Below, in pieces: positions 8,926 to 17,608 of a DNA stretch of 64,000 nt; the stretch's first letter is position 1; each line of letters begins with the position of its first letter. This DNA comes from Candidatus Uhrbacteria bacterium (GTDB lineage Bacteria; Patescibacteriota; Patescibacteriia; UBA9934; GWF2-40-263), in NCBI GenBank assembly GCA_016219925.1, contig JACRJU010000013.1:102566-166565 (forward strand), written 5' to 3'. The position numbers and the translations under genes are program-made. Below the pieces are notes generated by a model. The model did not search any database. It was not told where the DNA came from and was given only the letters and a program-made list of their open reading frames with translations.

Positions 8926-9426
8926 ATGGTTAACTTTCCGTTTAAGCGTCAAGAGGAAGTTCCGGCACAACCTCCGGAGGTTTTGCATTCTCTCGCACCG
9001 GAGGTTTCTTTGGAGCAGTCCAATGAACAGCCTGGGCAATCCCCTGAACAATCTCTCGATAAAAAACCAGAAGCCACAGAACCAACACGCCCAGCGGATT
9101 TGCCAACCACCACGCCCTTCAGAGCATCTCCGTCCGTCTCTGCTGATCCGATGATAAAGCGCATCGAATCTATTTTGGAAGAAGATATGACGGATTTATA
9201 TTTAAACCTGTCACCGAAGGATCAAGTCGTTTTTAAACAGAAAGGCGAGGAGACCCTGACGAAAATACGTGTGCTCATGCAAAAGACGAAAGTAAATGCG
9301 AAGAAAATTTTTGAGCTCATTCGTGCATGGCTCCGGCTGATCCCGGGCGTCAATCGGTTTTTTTTGGAACAGGAAGCCAAAATTAAGACAGATAAAATTC
9401 TGCTTTCCAAAGATCGCGAATCATGA
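8926..9426 (+). CDS. hypothetical protein, Pro/Glu/Ser-rich low-complexity N-terminus; first gene of a three-gene operon
   Basis: ATG at 8926. Its stop overlaps the next start (ATGA at 9423). No motif recognised. Confidence 0.4.
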   Translation: MVNFPFKRQEEVPAQPPEVLHSLAPEVSLEQSNEQPGQSPEQSLDKKPEATEPTRPADLPTTTPFRASPSVSADPMIKRIESILEEDMTDLYLNLSPKDQVVFKQKGEETLTKIRVLMQKTKVNAKKIFELIRAWLRLIPGVNRFFLEQEAKIKTDKILLSKDRES

Positions 9427-11972
9427 TCACTTCTCTGTTGTACCAAACGGACGTGCAAGAACCACTGATCAATGCCATCAATCTGACGGACTTCTTTTGG
9501 TTGGCGTGGGTCATTTTGGCCGTGGCCGCACTCGTTGGGGGACTTTTTGTTTTGCGAGGGATCTTGCGACGCGTTTTTGAAGCGCGCAATGCGACGTTCA
9601 ATAGCAAGACGCTTTTAATCACCCTTCCGAAATTCCGTCGTGAAGAGGAGAGCGAGCGCGGACCTCAAAAAGAACAGGTGCAAGAAACCATTTCCGCGGC
9701 CGAAGCGATTTTCGCTTCCATTGGCGGACTCAAAGCTGAACGAGGAATTAAAGCGTGGCTGTTGGGACGATCCGATGAGCTGGCATTTGAAATTGTCTCC
9801 GAGCACAAGCTCATCAGATTTTATGTCACGATTCCCAAACACATGCAGAGCTTTGTCGAGCAACAAATTTCTGCGGCCTATCCTGATGCTTTTTTGGAAG
9901 AAGTCGAGGACTTTAATATTTTCACCCCGACAGGCACGATTCTTGGAAGTCACTTGGGTTTTTCACGTCCGAATGCGTTTCCGATCAAAACCTATCGCAA
10001 ACTCGATCAAGATCCGCTCAATTCCATCACGAATGTTCTTTCAAAAATTCCGGACGGCGATGCGGCAGCGTTTCAGTTTGTGGTGCGCTCGTCGTATAAG
10101 AAATGGCGATCGTATGGAGTGGATTTGGCCAAGCGCATGCAACAAGGCGTGAGTTTGGAAGATGCGTTACGCGGGAAGAAAAAGGGAGATAAAGGAACGC
10201 TTGAAAAGTGGGGGATTTCGAGCGGCTCGCAACAGAAAGAGCCAGAGCAGGAGTATCGCTTGTCGCCGCAAGAAGAAGAAATTGTGAAAGGGCTTCAAGA
10301 GAAGGCGAGCAAGGCCGGAATGGATGTCAGTCTTCGGCTGATTTCGTGTTCCCAAAACGCCGCGACCGCAGAGTCGATTTTGCAAAACATGCTCAACGCG
10401 TTTTCGCAGTACAATGTGTACGAATATGGCAACTCGTTTGTGAAGCAAATCCCGCGATCGAAAAAACGTTTGATCTCGCAGTTTATCTATCGAGTTGTTT
10501 CTGAAAAGAACAAAATTGTTATGAACGCTGAGGAGATGGCGAGTCTCTGGCACTTGCCGCTTCCATGGACAGAAACGCCAAACATCAAATGGCTCGGCGC
10601 GCGTTCCGCCGCCGCTCCGGCTTCGATTCCGGGTCCGGACGATGGCGATATTGAGTTGGGATACAACGTGTATCGGGGCATCAAAACACCGGTGTGGATG
10701 AAGGCCAAAGATCGCACCCGCCACATGTACATCATTGGGAAGTCCGGTTCGGGAAAATCTCAAATGATCGCAAACCTTGCCATTCAGGACATTCGCGCAG
10801 GCCATGGTGTTGCTGTGGTCGAGCCGCATGGAGATTTGATTGAGCATATTTTGGGAAACATTCCGCGCGAGCGTATTGATGATGTGGTCGTGTTTAACCC
10901 GTCGGATCTCGAGCGACCTATGGGACTCAATATGCTGGAGTCCAAAGACGAAACAATGAAAGATTTTGCGGTTCAAGAGATGATCGCCATTTTTTATAAA
11001 TTGTTTCCGCCGGAAATGATCGGCCCGATGTTTGAGCACAACATGCGAAACGTGATGCTCACGCTCATGGCGGATCCCAATCAACCCGGAACGATCGCCG
11101 AGATTCCACGCATGTTTTCAGACGAGGCGTTTCAAAAACAGTGGGTGGCCAAAGTGAAAGACCCGGTGGTGCGTTCGTTTTGGGAAAACGAAATGGCCAA
11201 GACGAGCGACTTCCATAAATCGGAGATGTTGGGGTATCTCATCTCAAAGGTTGGACGGTTTGTAGAAAATGAAATGATGAGAAACATCATCGGCCAACAG
11301 CACAATTCGTTTGACTTCCGGGAGATCATGGACAAGAAGAAAATTTTGCTTGTCAATCTGTCCAAAGGAAAAACCGGTGATGTCAACGCGGAGCTTTTGG
11401 GACTCATCATCGTGTCGAAACTTCAGATGGCGGCGCTCACTCGCGCGGACATTCCGGAAGATCAACGCCACGACTTCTATTTGTACATCGACGAGTTCCA
11501 AAACTTCATTACCGATTCGATCGCAACTATTTTGTCAGAGGCGCGCAAGTATCGCTTGAATCTCATCATCGCTCATCAGTATATCGGCCAGCTTGTAAAA
11601 AATAATGATACGAAGATTAAGGAAGCGGTGTTCGGAAACGTTGGAACAACTTTTGTGGCGCGTATCGGTCCCGAAGATGTCGAGACACTCGAGAAGATGT
11701 ATTCGCCAGATTTTTCGGGATATGACCTGATCAACTCGGATAAATTTACGTGGTACGTGAAGATGATCGTCGATAATGCTCAACAAAAGCCGTTTACTCT
11801 CAAGTTCAATACGCCACCTTCAGGAGATCGGGAACTCGCCGAAGGGATCAAAGAACTTTCTCGCCTGAAATTCGGACATGACCGACGATTGGTCGAAGCG
11901 GATATTCTTGAACGCACACAACTTGGAGGCCCAACGCGCATGCAACAACCGCCAGCCATTGGAGAAAAATAA
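9423..11972 (+). CDS. large P-loop ATPase of the VirB4/VirD4 (TraC/TraG-type) type IV secretion / DNA-translocation ATPase superfamily, with N-terminal TM helix
   Basis: 849 aa. TM helix at about residues 23-45. Walker A IIGKSGSGKSQ. Walker B-like YLYIDEFQNF followed by RKYRLNLIIAHQ, matching the RKxG...TQ arrangement of T4SS ATPases. Confidence 0.55.
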   Translation: MITSLLYQTDVQEPLINAINLTDFFWLAWVILAVAALVGGLFVLRGILRRVFEARNATFNSKTLLITLPKFRREEESERGPQKEQVQETISAAEAIFASIGGLKAERGIKAWLLGRSDELAFEIVSEHKLIRFYVTIPKHMQSFVEQQISAAYPDAFLEEVEDFNIFTPTGTILGSHLGFSRPNAFPIKTYRKLDQDPLNSITNVLSKIPDGDAAAFQFVVRSSYKKWRSYGVDLAKRMQQGVSLEDALRGKKKGDKGTLEKWGISSGSQQKEPEQEYRLSPQEEEIVKGLQEKASKAGMDVSLRLISCSQNAATAESILQNMLNAFSQYNVYEYGNSFVKQIPRSKKRLISQFIYRVVSEKNKIVMNAEEMASLWHLPLPWTETPNIKWLGARSAAAPASIPGPDDGDIELGYNVYRGIKTPVWMKAKDRTRHMYIIGKSGSGKSQMIANLAIQDIRAGHGVAVVEPHGDLIEHILGNIPRERIDDVVVFNPSDLERPMGLNMLESKDETMKDFAVQEMIAIFYKLFPPEMIGPMFEHNMRNVMLTLMADPNQPGTIAEIPRMFSDEAFQKQWVAKVKDPVVRSFWENEMAKTSDFHKSEMLGYLISKVGRFVENEMMRNIIGQQHNSFDFREIMDKKKILLVNLSKGKTGDVNAELLGLIIVSKLQMAALTRADIPEDQRHDFYLYIDEFQNFITDSIATILSEARKYRLNLIIAHQYIGQLVKNNDTKIKEAVFGNVGTTFVARIGPEDVETLEKMYSPDFSGYDLINSDKFTWYVKMIVDNAQQKPFTLKFNTPPSGDRELAEGIKELSRLKFGHDRRLVEADILERTQLGGPTRMQQPPAIGEK

Positions 11973-11974
11973 TT

Positions 11975-12601
11975 ATGCCAGACGATCTCGAATATTTTGA
12001 ACAGCCATTTGAATCCGAACCGGATGTCGACGCTCACGCGAATCAGCGGGAATATGCGGACGTCAAAAATCAGCTTGCGGTTCAGATGCTCAAAAAAATG
12101 CGCGACAGTCTCACACATGTGATTCAGTTGCTTGAGGACGGGGATGCGCCGCGTGCCACGCGTCGGCTTGTTGATTTGGTGACACATCAAAAATCGTTTG
12201 AATCGAAATTGCAATCGCAAACAGGCAGTCGGGTCGTTGAAGGGGTTTTTGATGGACTCGCCATGGTTGGAGCGGACGGGGCGCGTTATGACGTATCGGC
12301 GAACTATGCTTCAAAATCTCGGCTCGTCGAAGGGGATATGCTCAAGCTCACCATTCAGCCCGATGGGACGTATGTGTTCAAGCAAATCGGACCGGTCGAA
12401 CGCGAGCGCCTCGTCGGTAAATTGCATCTCGATCCATCCACACAAGAACACGTTGTTCACTGCGGGGATCAGGTGTATAACGTGCTCACCGCTAGTGTGA
12501 CGTATCATAAAGGCATGCCGGGCGATGAGATGGTGATTGTGGTTCCGCGAGGAGGGCAATGCCGATGGGCGGCGGTTGAAAATATCGTGAATACCTCCTA
12601 G
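11975..12601 (+). CDS. hypothetical protein (third gene of the ATPase operon)
   Basis: ATG at 11975, 3 nt after the ATPase stop. 208 aa with no recognisable motif. Confidence 0.45.
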   Translation: MPDDLEYFEQPFESEPDVDAHANQREYADVKNQLAVQMLKKMRDSLTHVIQLLEDGDAPRATRRLVDLVTHQKSFESKLQSQTGSRVVEGVFDGLAMVGADGARYDVSANYASKSRLVEGDMLKLTIQPDGTYVFKQIGPVERERLVGKLHLDPSTQEHVVHCGDQVYNVLTASVTYHKGMPGDEMVIVVPRGGQCRWAAVENIVNTS

Positions 12602-12605
12602 AGAT

Positions 12606-14090
12606 ATGGCCCAAGCGCTCTATCGCATCTATCGCCCCGCGACGTTTGCAGACGTGGTTGGGCAGGAACCTGTTGCGACAACCATTCAAAATCAATTTCG
12701 CACCGGTCATCTGGCGCACGCATATGTGTTTACGGGACCGCGCGGCATCGGGAAGACCACCATGGCGCGGCTGGTGGCCAAATTGGCCAACTGCGAACAG
12801 CCAAAAGACGCCGAACCGTGCAATGCTTGTGAGGCGTGCCGGGAAATCGCTTCGGGAACATCGTTGGACGTTTTTGAAATTGATGCCGCGTCCAACACGG
12901 ATGTGGAAAACGTGCGCGAGAATATCATCAAGAGCGTGCGTTTTGCTCCCAATCGGTTGAAGAAAAAAGTTTTCATCATCGACGAGGTGCACATGCTTTC
13001 CACTTCGGCATTCAATGCGCTTTTGAAGACCCTTGAAGAGCCGCCTGAACATGTGCTGTTTGTTTTGGCCACGACGGAAATTCACAAAGTTCCTGAAACG
13101 ATCATCAGTCGCTGTCAGCGGTTTGATTTTCGCCGCATCCTACCTGAAGTTTTGCTTAAACGTTTGCAATACATCGTCAAACAAGAGCACGTCGATGTCG
13201 AGACTGATGTGCTTGAGCAGATCGTCAAACATTCTGGCGGGTGCGCACGCGATGCGGAAAGTTTGCTCGGCCAGGTATTGGCTTTGGGAGACAAAAAAAT
13301 CACCATGCAGGAAGCTAGCCTTGTTCTCCCCGCCAGCAACGAGATGATGGTGAAGCAGTTTTTAGACCTGCTATATCAGAAAAATGCCGCTGGTGCTGTG
13401 AGTGATCTGAACACCTTTCTTGAACAAGGGGTGGACCTGAAAGTTTTTATGGACGATATGCTTGAGGCTTTGCGAGCTCGATTATTCGGTCCAGAATCGG
13501 TGTTTGTCCGAGAAGCGCTCGAGCGGTTTTTGGAAGCTCGAGCTCAAATAAAAACAGATCATCTTCCTCAACTACCGATTGAACTCGCGATTGTGGAGTT
13601 GTGCGACCCTGTTCTGTCATCCCGAGCGACCACGCCTTCGGCGGGAGAACCGAGGGATCTCCCCGAGGATTTTAAATATCAGGGGGTTGATTCTGATTAT
13701 GTCGCCCCTATCATTGAGAGGCCAGCTGAGCGGGCCGAAGCAATCTCCGCAGATTCTACTGTTTTCGACACAATCCCCATTATTTCTCTCGACGAGGTTC
13801 GTAAAAAGTGGCCCCAAGTGTTCGAACAAATTCGGGAATGTAACGCATCGCTTCCGCTGTTTATGCAGACGTGTGAGGTATGCGGAGTGAACGGTGAGCA
13901 TGTTGAGTTGGGTTTTGGTTATGATCTCTACGTCCAAACCGTCAACAAAGATAAGAATCGTCGCGTGATCGAAGAGGCGTTTGAGAGGGTATTGGGCAGG
14001 CCGATGAAAGTCAAAGCGGTTGTAAAAAAGATGGCCGAGGACGAAACCGTTATTCAATTGATCGAACAATTTGGAGGGAGTATAGGATAA
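12606..14090 (+). CDS. dnaX: DNA polymerase III subunit gamma/tau
   Basis: N-terminus YRPATFADVVGQEPV...FTGPRGIGKTTMARLVAK...C.C..C zinc module, then FEIDAAS and the sensor region. A classic DnaX. Confidence 0.85.
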   Translation: MAQALYRIYRPATFADVVGQEPVATTIQNQFRTGHLAHAYVFTGPRGIGKTTMARLVAKLANCEQPKDAEPCNACEACREIASGTSLDVFEIDAASNTDVENVRENIIKSVRFAPNRLKKKVFIIDEVHMLSTSAFNALLKTLEEPPEHVLFVLATTEIHKVPETIISRCQRFDFRRILPEVLLKRLQYIVKQEHVDVETDVLEQIVKHSGGCARDAESLLGQVLALGDKKITMQEASLVLPASNEMMVKQFLDLLYQKNAAGAVSDLNTFLEQGVDLKVFMDDMLEALRARLFGPESVFVREALERFLEARAQIKTDHLPQLPIELAIVELCDPVLSSRATTPSAGEPRDLPEDFKYQGVDSDYVAPIIERPAERAEAISADSTVFDTIPIISLDEVRKKWPQVFEQIRECNASLPLFMQTCEVCGVNGEHVELGFGYDLYVQTVNKDKNRRVIEEAFERVLGRPMKVKAVVKKMAEDETVIQLIEQFGGSIG

Positions 14091-14152
14091 AAGAATGCGG
14101 GCTCTCTGGCATTCGAATATCTGTCGTAAAAAGTAAGACGTTCACCAAAAAT

Positions 14153-14179
14153 AAATCACCCACCGTTGGTGAGTGATTT
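14153..14179. terminator. bidirectional terminator hairpin between dnaX (+) and tRNA-Gln (-)
   Basis: aaatcaccca-ccgttgg-tgagtgattt forms a 10-bp stem with one mismatch, flanked by A/T runs. Confidence 0.4.
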
Positions 14180-14183
14180 ACTT

Positions 14184-14257
14184 TGGTTCCCGGACAGGGA
14201 TTCGAACCCCGATTAAGTGGACCAGAACCACTCGTCCTGCCGTTAGACGATCCGGGA
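14184..14257 (-). tRNA. tRNA-Gln (anticodon CTG), CCA encoded
   Basis: Reverse complement is TCCCGGATCGTCTAACGGCAGGACGAGTGGTTCTGGTCCACTTAATCGGGGTTCGAATCCCTGTCCGGGAACCA. It has a 7-bp acceptor stem, a D arm with GG, the anticodon loop TTCTGGT and a T-loop TTCGAAT. Confidence 0.85.
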
Positions 14258-14353
14258 GCGAAATGAGAGGAAAGCTAGACCACGCGAGTGGTCGGGCTTT
14301 CCCGAGTGAGTGTACCGGTATATGATCGGAGATCATCTCTGGGAGCTCGGCTC

Positions 14354-15304
14354 TCATTTACTAGAAGAAGGCGCGGAAAATATACCATTCACTTTAGCGA
14401 CCGTCAACGATTCGCCGATGTGTTTTATTTGGTGTTGCTGAATGGTGTAGCGCATGATCGCTTCTGCTACGTCCACTCCCGTTGCTCTTTCAAGTTCGGC
14501 AAAACCGGGGTTTGCGTTCACCTCAAGAACGAGTGGGCCACGGACAGAACGGATCAAATCAACGCCTGCGATCTCAAGTTCAAATGTTTTGGCAACACGC
14601 AGAGCCAATATCCGCTCGTCTGGCGAGAGCTCGACAGGTGTTCCCACACCACCGTGTGTGGCATTAGCGCGTACATCGCGTTCAGGGGCGGTGCGTTCCA
14701 TCGCGGCAACAATCTCACTGCCGACAACAAACACCCGCAAATCTTTTCGCTGTGCTTCTGCCACGAACTGCTGAACGAGGATTGGATTTCGATCGCGGAT
14801 GTTCAGATAATCCGCAATGGGCCCAAACGTTTCCTCGGAGTCCGCATAAAATACGCCCGATCCGACGGTTCCGAATGCGACTTTGATGATCACTGGGAAT
14901 CCCAGGCGCCGCGCCCCGTCTATCGCAAGGTCTGGCCTTTTGCAAATCACACTGGATGGATACGGAATGCCGAGCTGTTCGAACTGTTGAATCTGCTCGA
15001 TCTTATTTTTGGCTGGACCATAGGACCGCAAGCCGTTGATCACGCGATACCCCTGTGTTAAAAGGGCGCGCACCACGTGCGCGTGCAGTCCGGGCTCCTC
15101 AATAAAATTGGGCCGCGCAATAATAACATCCACCTGCGGCATGGCCTTTCCTTCATACCAAATTTCAGAGCCGGATAAACTAAAATAGGGTTCATACAAA
15201 TGAACAATCTGATGACCCATTTGAGTCGCCGCTTGTGTGAGTCGTTCCACCCCTGCGTATTGCTCGTCTTTGGGGGTGGAGAAGATAAGGATTCCGATGA
15301 TCAT
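14354..15304 (-). CDS. RimK-family ATP-grasp ligase (alpha-L-glutamate ligase-like)
   Basis: ATP-grasp blocks (VIIKVAFGTVGSGVF, ELEIAGVDLI, LEVNANPGF). The ATG at 15304 is chosen over the upstream start because it follows the hydrophobic N-terminus. Confidence 0.65.
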   Translation of the reverse strand: MIIGILIFSTPKDEQYAGVERLTQAATQMGHQIVHLYEPYFSLSGSEIWYEGKAMPQVDVIIARPNFIEEPGLHAHVVRALLTQGYRVINGLRSYGPAKNKIEQIQQFEQLGIPYPSSVICKRPDLAIDGARRLGFPVIIKVAFGTVGSGVFYADSEETFGPIADYLNIRDRNPILVQQFVAEAQRKDLRVFVVGSEIVAAMERTAPERDVRANATHGGVGTPVELSPDERILALRVAKTFELEIAGVDLIRSVRGPLVLEVNANPGFAELERATGVDVAEAIMRYTIQQHQIKHIGESLTVAKVNGIFSAPSSSK

Positions 15305-15317
15305 AGAAGTGGTGAAA

Positions 15318-16424
15318 TTATTTCGCCATGAAGAGTCGTTGAGTCGCCATCGGATGCAAAGCATCACGAGAAGAGAGGGCGTTGTTGCGCAATCCGTCGG
15401 CAAACATTTCGTCTAAGATATCTTCCACCTCACCTGGTGTGGTTGTTGTATGCAAGCGTTCTTTGAATCGTTTGGCTCCCTCGATGCCGCGGAAGTACCA
15501 GCTCAAGTGCTTGCGAAACGTGACGACTCCAGAGGGTCCATACTGTTCCACATGAAAAGCGAGATGGCGCTTGATGGTCTCGATGCGCTCGCGCAGAGTG
15601 ATAGCCGCAGGCGTACGTGAAGCGAGCAAGTCGCCAATCTGATTGAAGATCCAAGGATTTCCCAAAGCGCCTCGCGCGATCAAAACGCCATCACATCCCG
15701 TTTGGTCAAGCGCATCCAAAGTCAACGGCGCCGTGTGGATATCTCCATTAGCCAAAACGGGGATCGAAACGGCCTGTTTGACTTGCGCGATCCGATCCCA
15801 ATCAGACGATCCGGCATAGCCTTGAACTTTTGTGCGGCCATGGATAGTGATGAGATCCGCTCCAGCCTCTTCGATCACGTGCGCGAAGTCGAGGCACTCA
15901 GTCGGGTTGCTCCATCCGGCGCGAATTTTAATCGAAAGAGGAACCGTGATCGCCGCCTTCATTTTTTTAATGATGGCTATGGCGAGCCCCGGTTCTTTCA
16001 TGAGTGCCGCGCCGTTAAAGTTGTGCACAATTTTATAGACGGGACATCCCATATTAACATCAAACCCTTCTGGATGGTGCTCGGCCTCTATGAGGCGCGC
16101 GGCCTCTGCCATCGTGTCGGGATCACTCCCAAACAATTGTTGGACGATTGGTCGCTCATTAGGATGGATCTGTGTCATGTTGAGCGTCTTTTCGTTGCCA
16201 CGCACGACGGCTTCCGCACTCACCATTTCTCGAAAGACGATGACAGAAGAAGTGTCTTGAGTAACACAACGCACCGTACGACAAAATGCCGAGTCGGTCA
16301 TGTCAGCCATCGGCGAAAGCGCAATGATAGGGCGGGAGAGTGTTTTCCAATTGAGCGCCACAGCTGAAGAATAGTAGGAGAAAAATGCAAAACAATCAAG
16401 ATGTGGGTATAATAAAGTTATCAA
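15318..16424 (-). CDS. dus: tRNA-dihydrouridine synthase
   Basis: LSPMADMTD (the APMAGVTD-like FMN site). IKIRAGW, HGRT and NGDI motifs conserved in the Dus family. Start uncertain because there is no ATG near the expected N-terminus. Confidence 0.8.
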   Translation of the reverse strand: MITLLYPHLDCFAFFSYYSSAVALNWKTLSRPIIALSPMADMTDSAFCRTVRCVTQDTSSVIVFREMVSAEAVVRGNEKTLNMTQIHPNERPIVQQLFGSDPDTMAEAARLIEAEHHPEGFDVNMGCPVYKIVHNFNGAALMKEPGLAIAIIKKMKAAITVPLSIKIRAGWSNPTECLDFAHVIEEAGADLITIHGRTKVQGYAGSSDWDRIAQVKQAVSIPVLANGDIHTAPLTLDALDQTGCDGVLIARGALGNPWIFNQIGDLLASRTPAAITLRERIETIKRHLAFHVEQYGPSGVVTFRKHLSWYFRGIEGAKRFKERLHTTTTPGEVEDILDEMFADGLRNNALSSRDALHPMATQRLFMAK

Positions 16425-16557
16425 TTAACATCCACCAACAGACGGGCGGGTGGCGGCGACCAGGTCCCCTCTTTGCGAGCGATGTGCGAGCCTAAGAGGG
16501 TGGCCGACGACAGGCCCCGCCCAGATGGGTAAAAATTTTGACCGTAAATATCATTTT

Positions 16558-16950
16558 ATGTCCCACTCCCACTCTTCAGCCAACTATCTTTATCTGCTCG
16601 CCGCTTTTATCATTATCGTCCTTCTTGTCGTCGTGGCGTCCCGTGGCGCGAAGCCGTCTCGCTACGACTCCTTCGCCCAGTGTCTGACAGATAATGGCGT
16701 GAAGATGTTTGGCGCGTGGTGGTGTCCGCATTGTGCGAATCAGAAAAAAGAATTTGAAGGCGCTTTTGATAAGATCAATTATACCGAATGTTCCGAACCG
16801 GGCTCGCAGGCGATGAATCAAACTTGTAAAGACGCTGGGATTGAAGGCTATCCGACATGGGAATTTAAAGACGCCTCCCGACTTTCTGGTGAACAGACTC
16901 TTGAGACGCTCGGACAAAAAGCGGACTGTTCTCTGCCGACCAACCCATAG
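16558..16950 (+). CDS. membrane-anchored thioredoxin-fold thiol-disulfide oxidoreductase (DsbA-like, CPHC active site)
   Basis: N-terminal TM anchor, then WCPHC. The ATG at 16558 is preferred over the ORF-track start at 16450, which would translate a GC-rich hairpin region. Confidence 0.6.
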   Translation: MSHSHSSANYLYLLAAFIIIVLLVVVASRGAKPSRYDSFAQCLTDNGVKMFGAWWCPHCANQKKEFEGAFDKINYTECSEPGSQAMNQTCKDAGIEGYPTWEFKDASRLSGEQTLETLGQKADCSLPTNP

Positions 16951-16952
16951 GT

Positions 16953-17405
16953 ATGTCGGCTCGAATTATCCCATGGATTCTTGCGGCGTCTTTGCTCGGA
17001 CTTGCGATTTCTTCGTATTCGTTTTTGCACAACCGCGGTTTCACTTCCGGCTCGTTTTGCACGATCAATGAAACCGTCAATTGCGACGTGGTAAACAAAG
17101 GCGCATACTCAACAGTTGTCGGCATCCCTGTTGCGCTCGTGGGAGTGTTGGGTTACGGCTTTCTGGTTTTAGCCTCCATTCTCAAAGTGCGCGCCCCGCA
17201 CGATCGCCAACTCACACGCGTTTTACTCATCGCGAGCGTTCTCGGACTTGCCTTCAGTCTATACCTCACCTCGCTGGAGGCCTTCGTTCTGCATGCGTGG
17301 TGTCTGCTGTGTGTAAGTTCACAGATTATGATTATTCTTATTGTCATTCTCACAAGCTATCTTACTTATCACGAATCGTATGACCACCGAATTTCTCAAT
17401 CTTGA
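16953..17405 (+). CDS. vitamin K epoxide reductase (VKOR) family protein
   Basis: Four or five TM helices. The loop cysteine pair C..NETVNC and the TM CLLC active site are arranged as in bacterial VKOR homologues. Starts 3 nt after the DsbA-like stop. Confidence 0.65.
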   Translation: MSARIIPWILAASLLGLAISSYSFLHNRGFTSGSFCTINETVNCDVVNKGAYSTVVGIPVALVGVLGYGFLVLASILKVRAPHDRQLTRVLLIASVLGLAFSLYLTSLEAFVLHAWCLLCVSSQIMIILIVILTSYLTYHESYDHRISQS

Positions 17406-17604
17406 TATTGATGCCTTTTTTGAAGAGACCGTCGCGCGAGGACGCGAACAGGGCGTCGTGGATCAACCCAGCTATGATGATTTGGTTGAGCAGGTGATCG
17501 AACAGCACCGTTCGCTTGGCGAGATTCATGACGACGAACCGACCGAGGATATGGAAGAGCAGTTGCGCGGGCGATGGGAGGAGTATCTTGAACGCGTTGC
17601 TTGA
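17380..17604 (+). CDS. small acidic hypothetical protein (74 aa)
   Basis: ATG at 17380. Highly acidic. Overlaps the VKOR 3' end in another frame; may be spurious. Confidence 0.25.
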   Translation: MTTEFLNLDIDAFFEETVARGREQGVVDQPSYDDLVEQVIEQHRSLGEIHDDEPTEDMEEQLRGRWEEYLERVA

Positions 17605-17608
17605 TCGT

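Noticed and set aside
16450-16557. 5' extension of the DsbA-like gene proposed by the ORF track (MAATRSPLCERCASLRGWPTTGPAQ...)
   Set aside because: It translates the GC-rich hairpin at 16443-16530 and has no start context. The ATG at 16558, followed by a TM anchor, is the sensible start.
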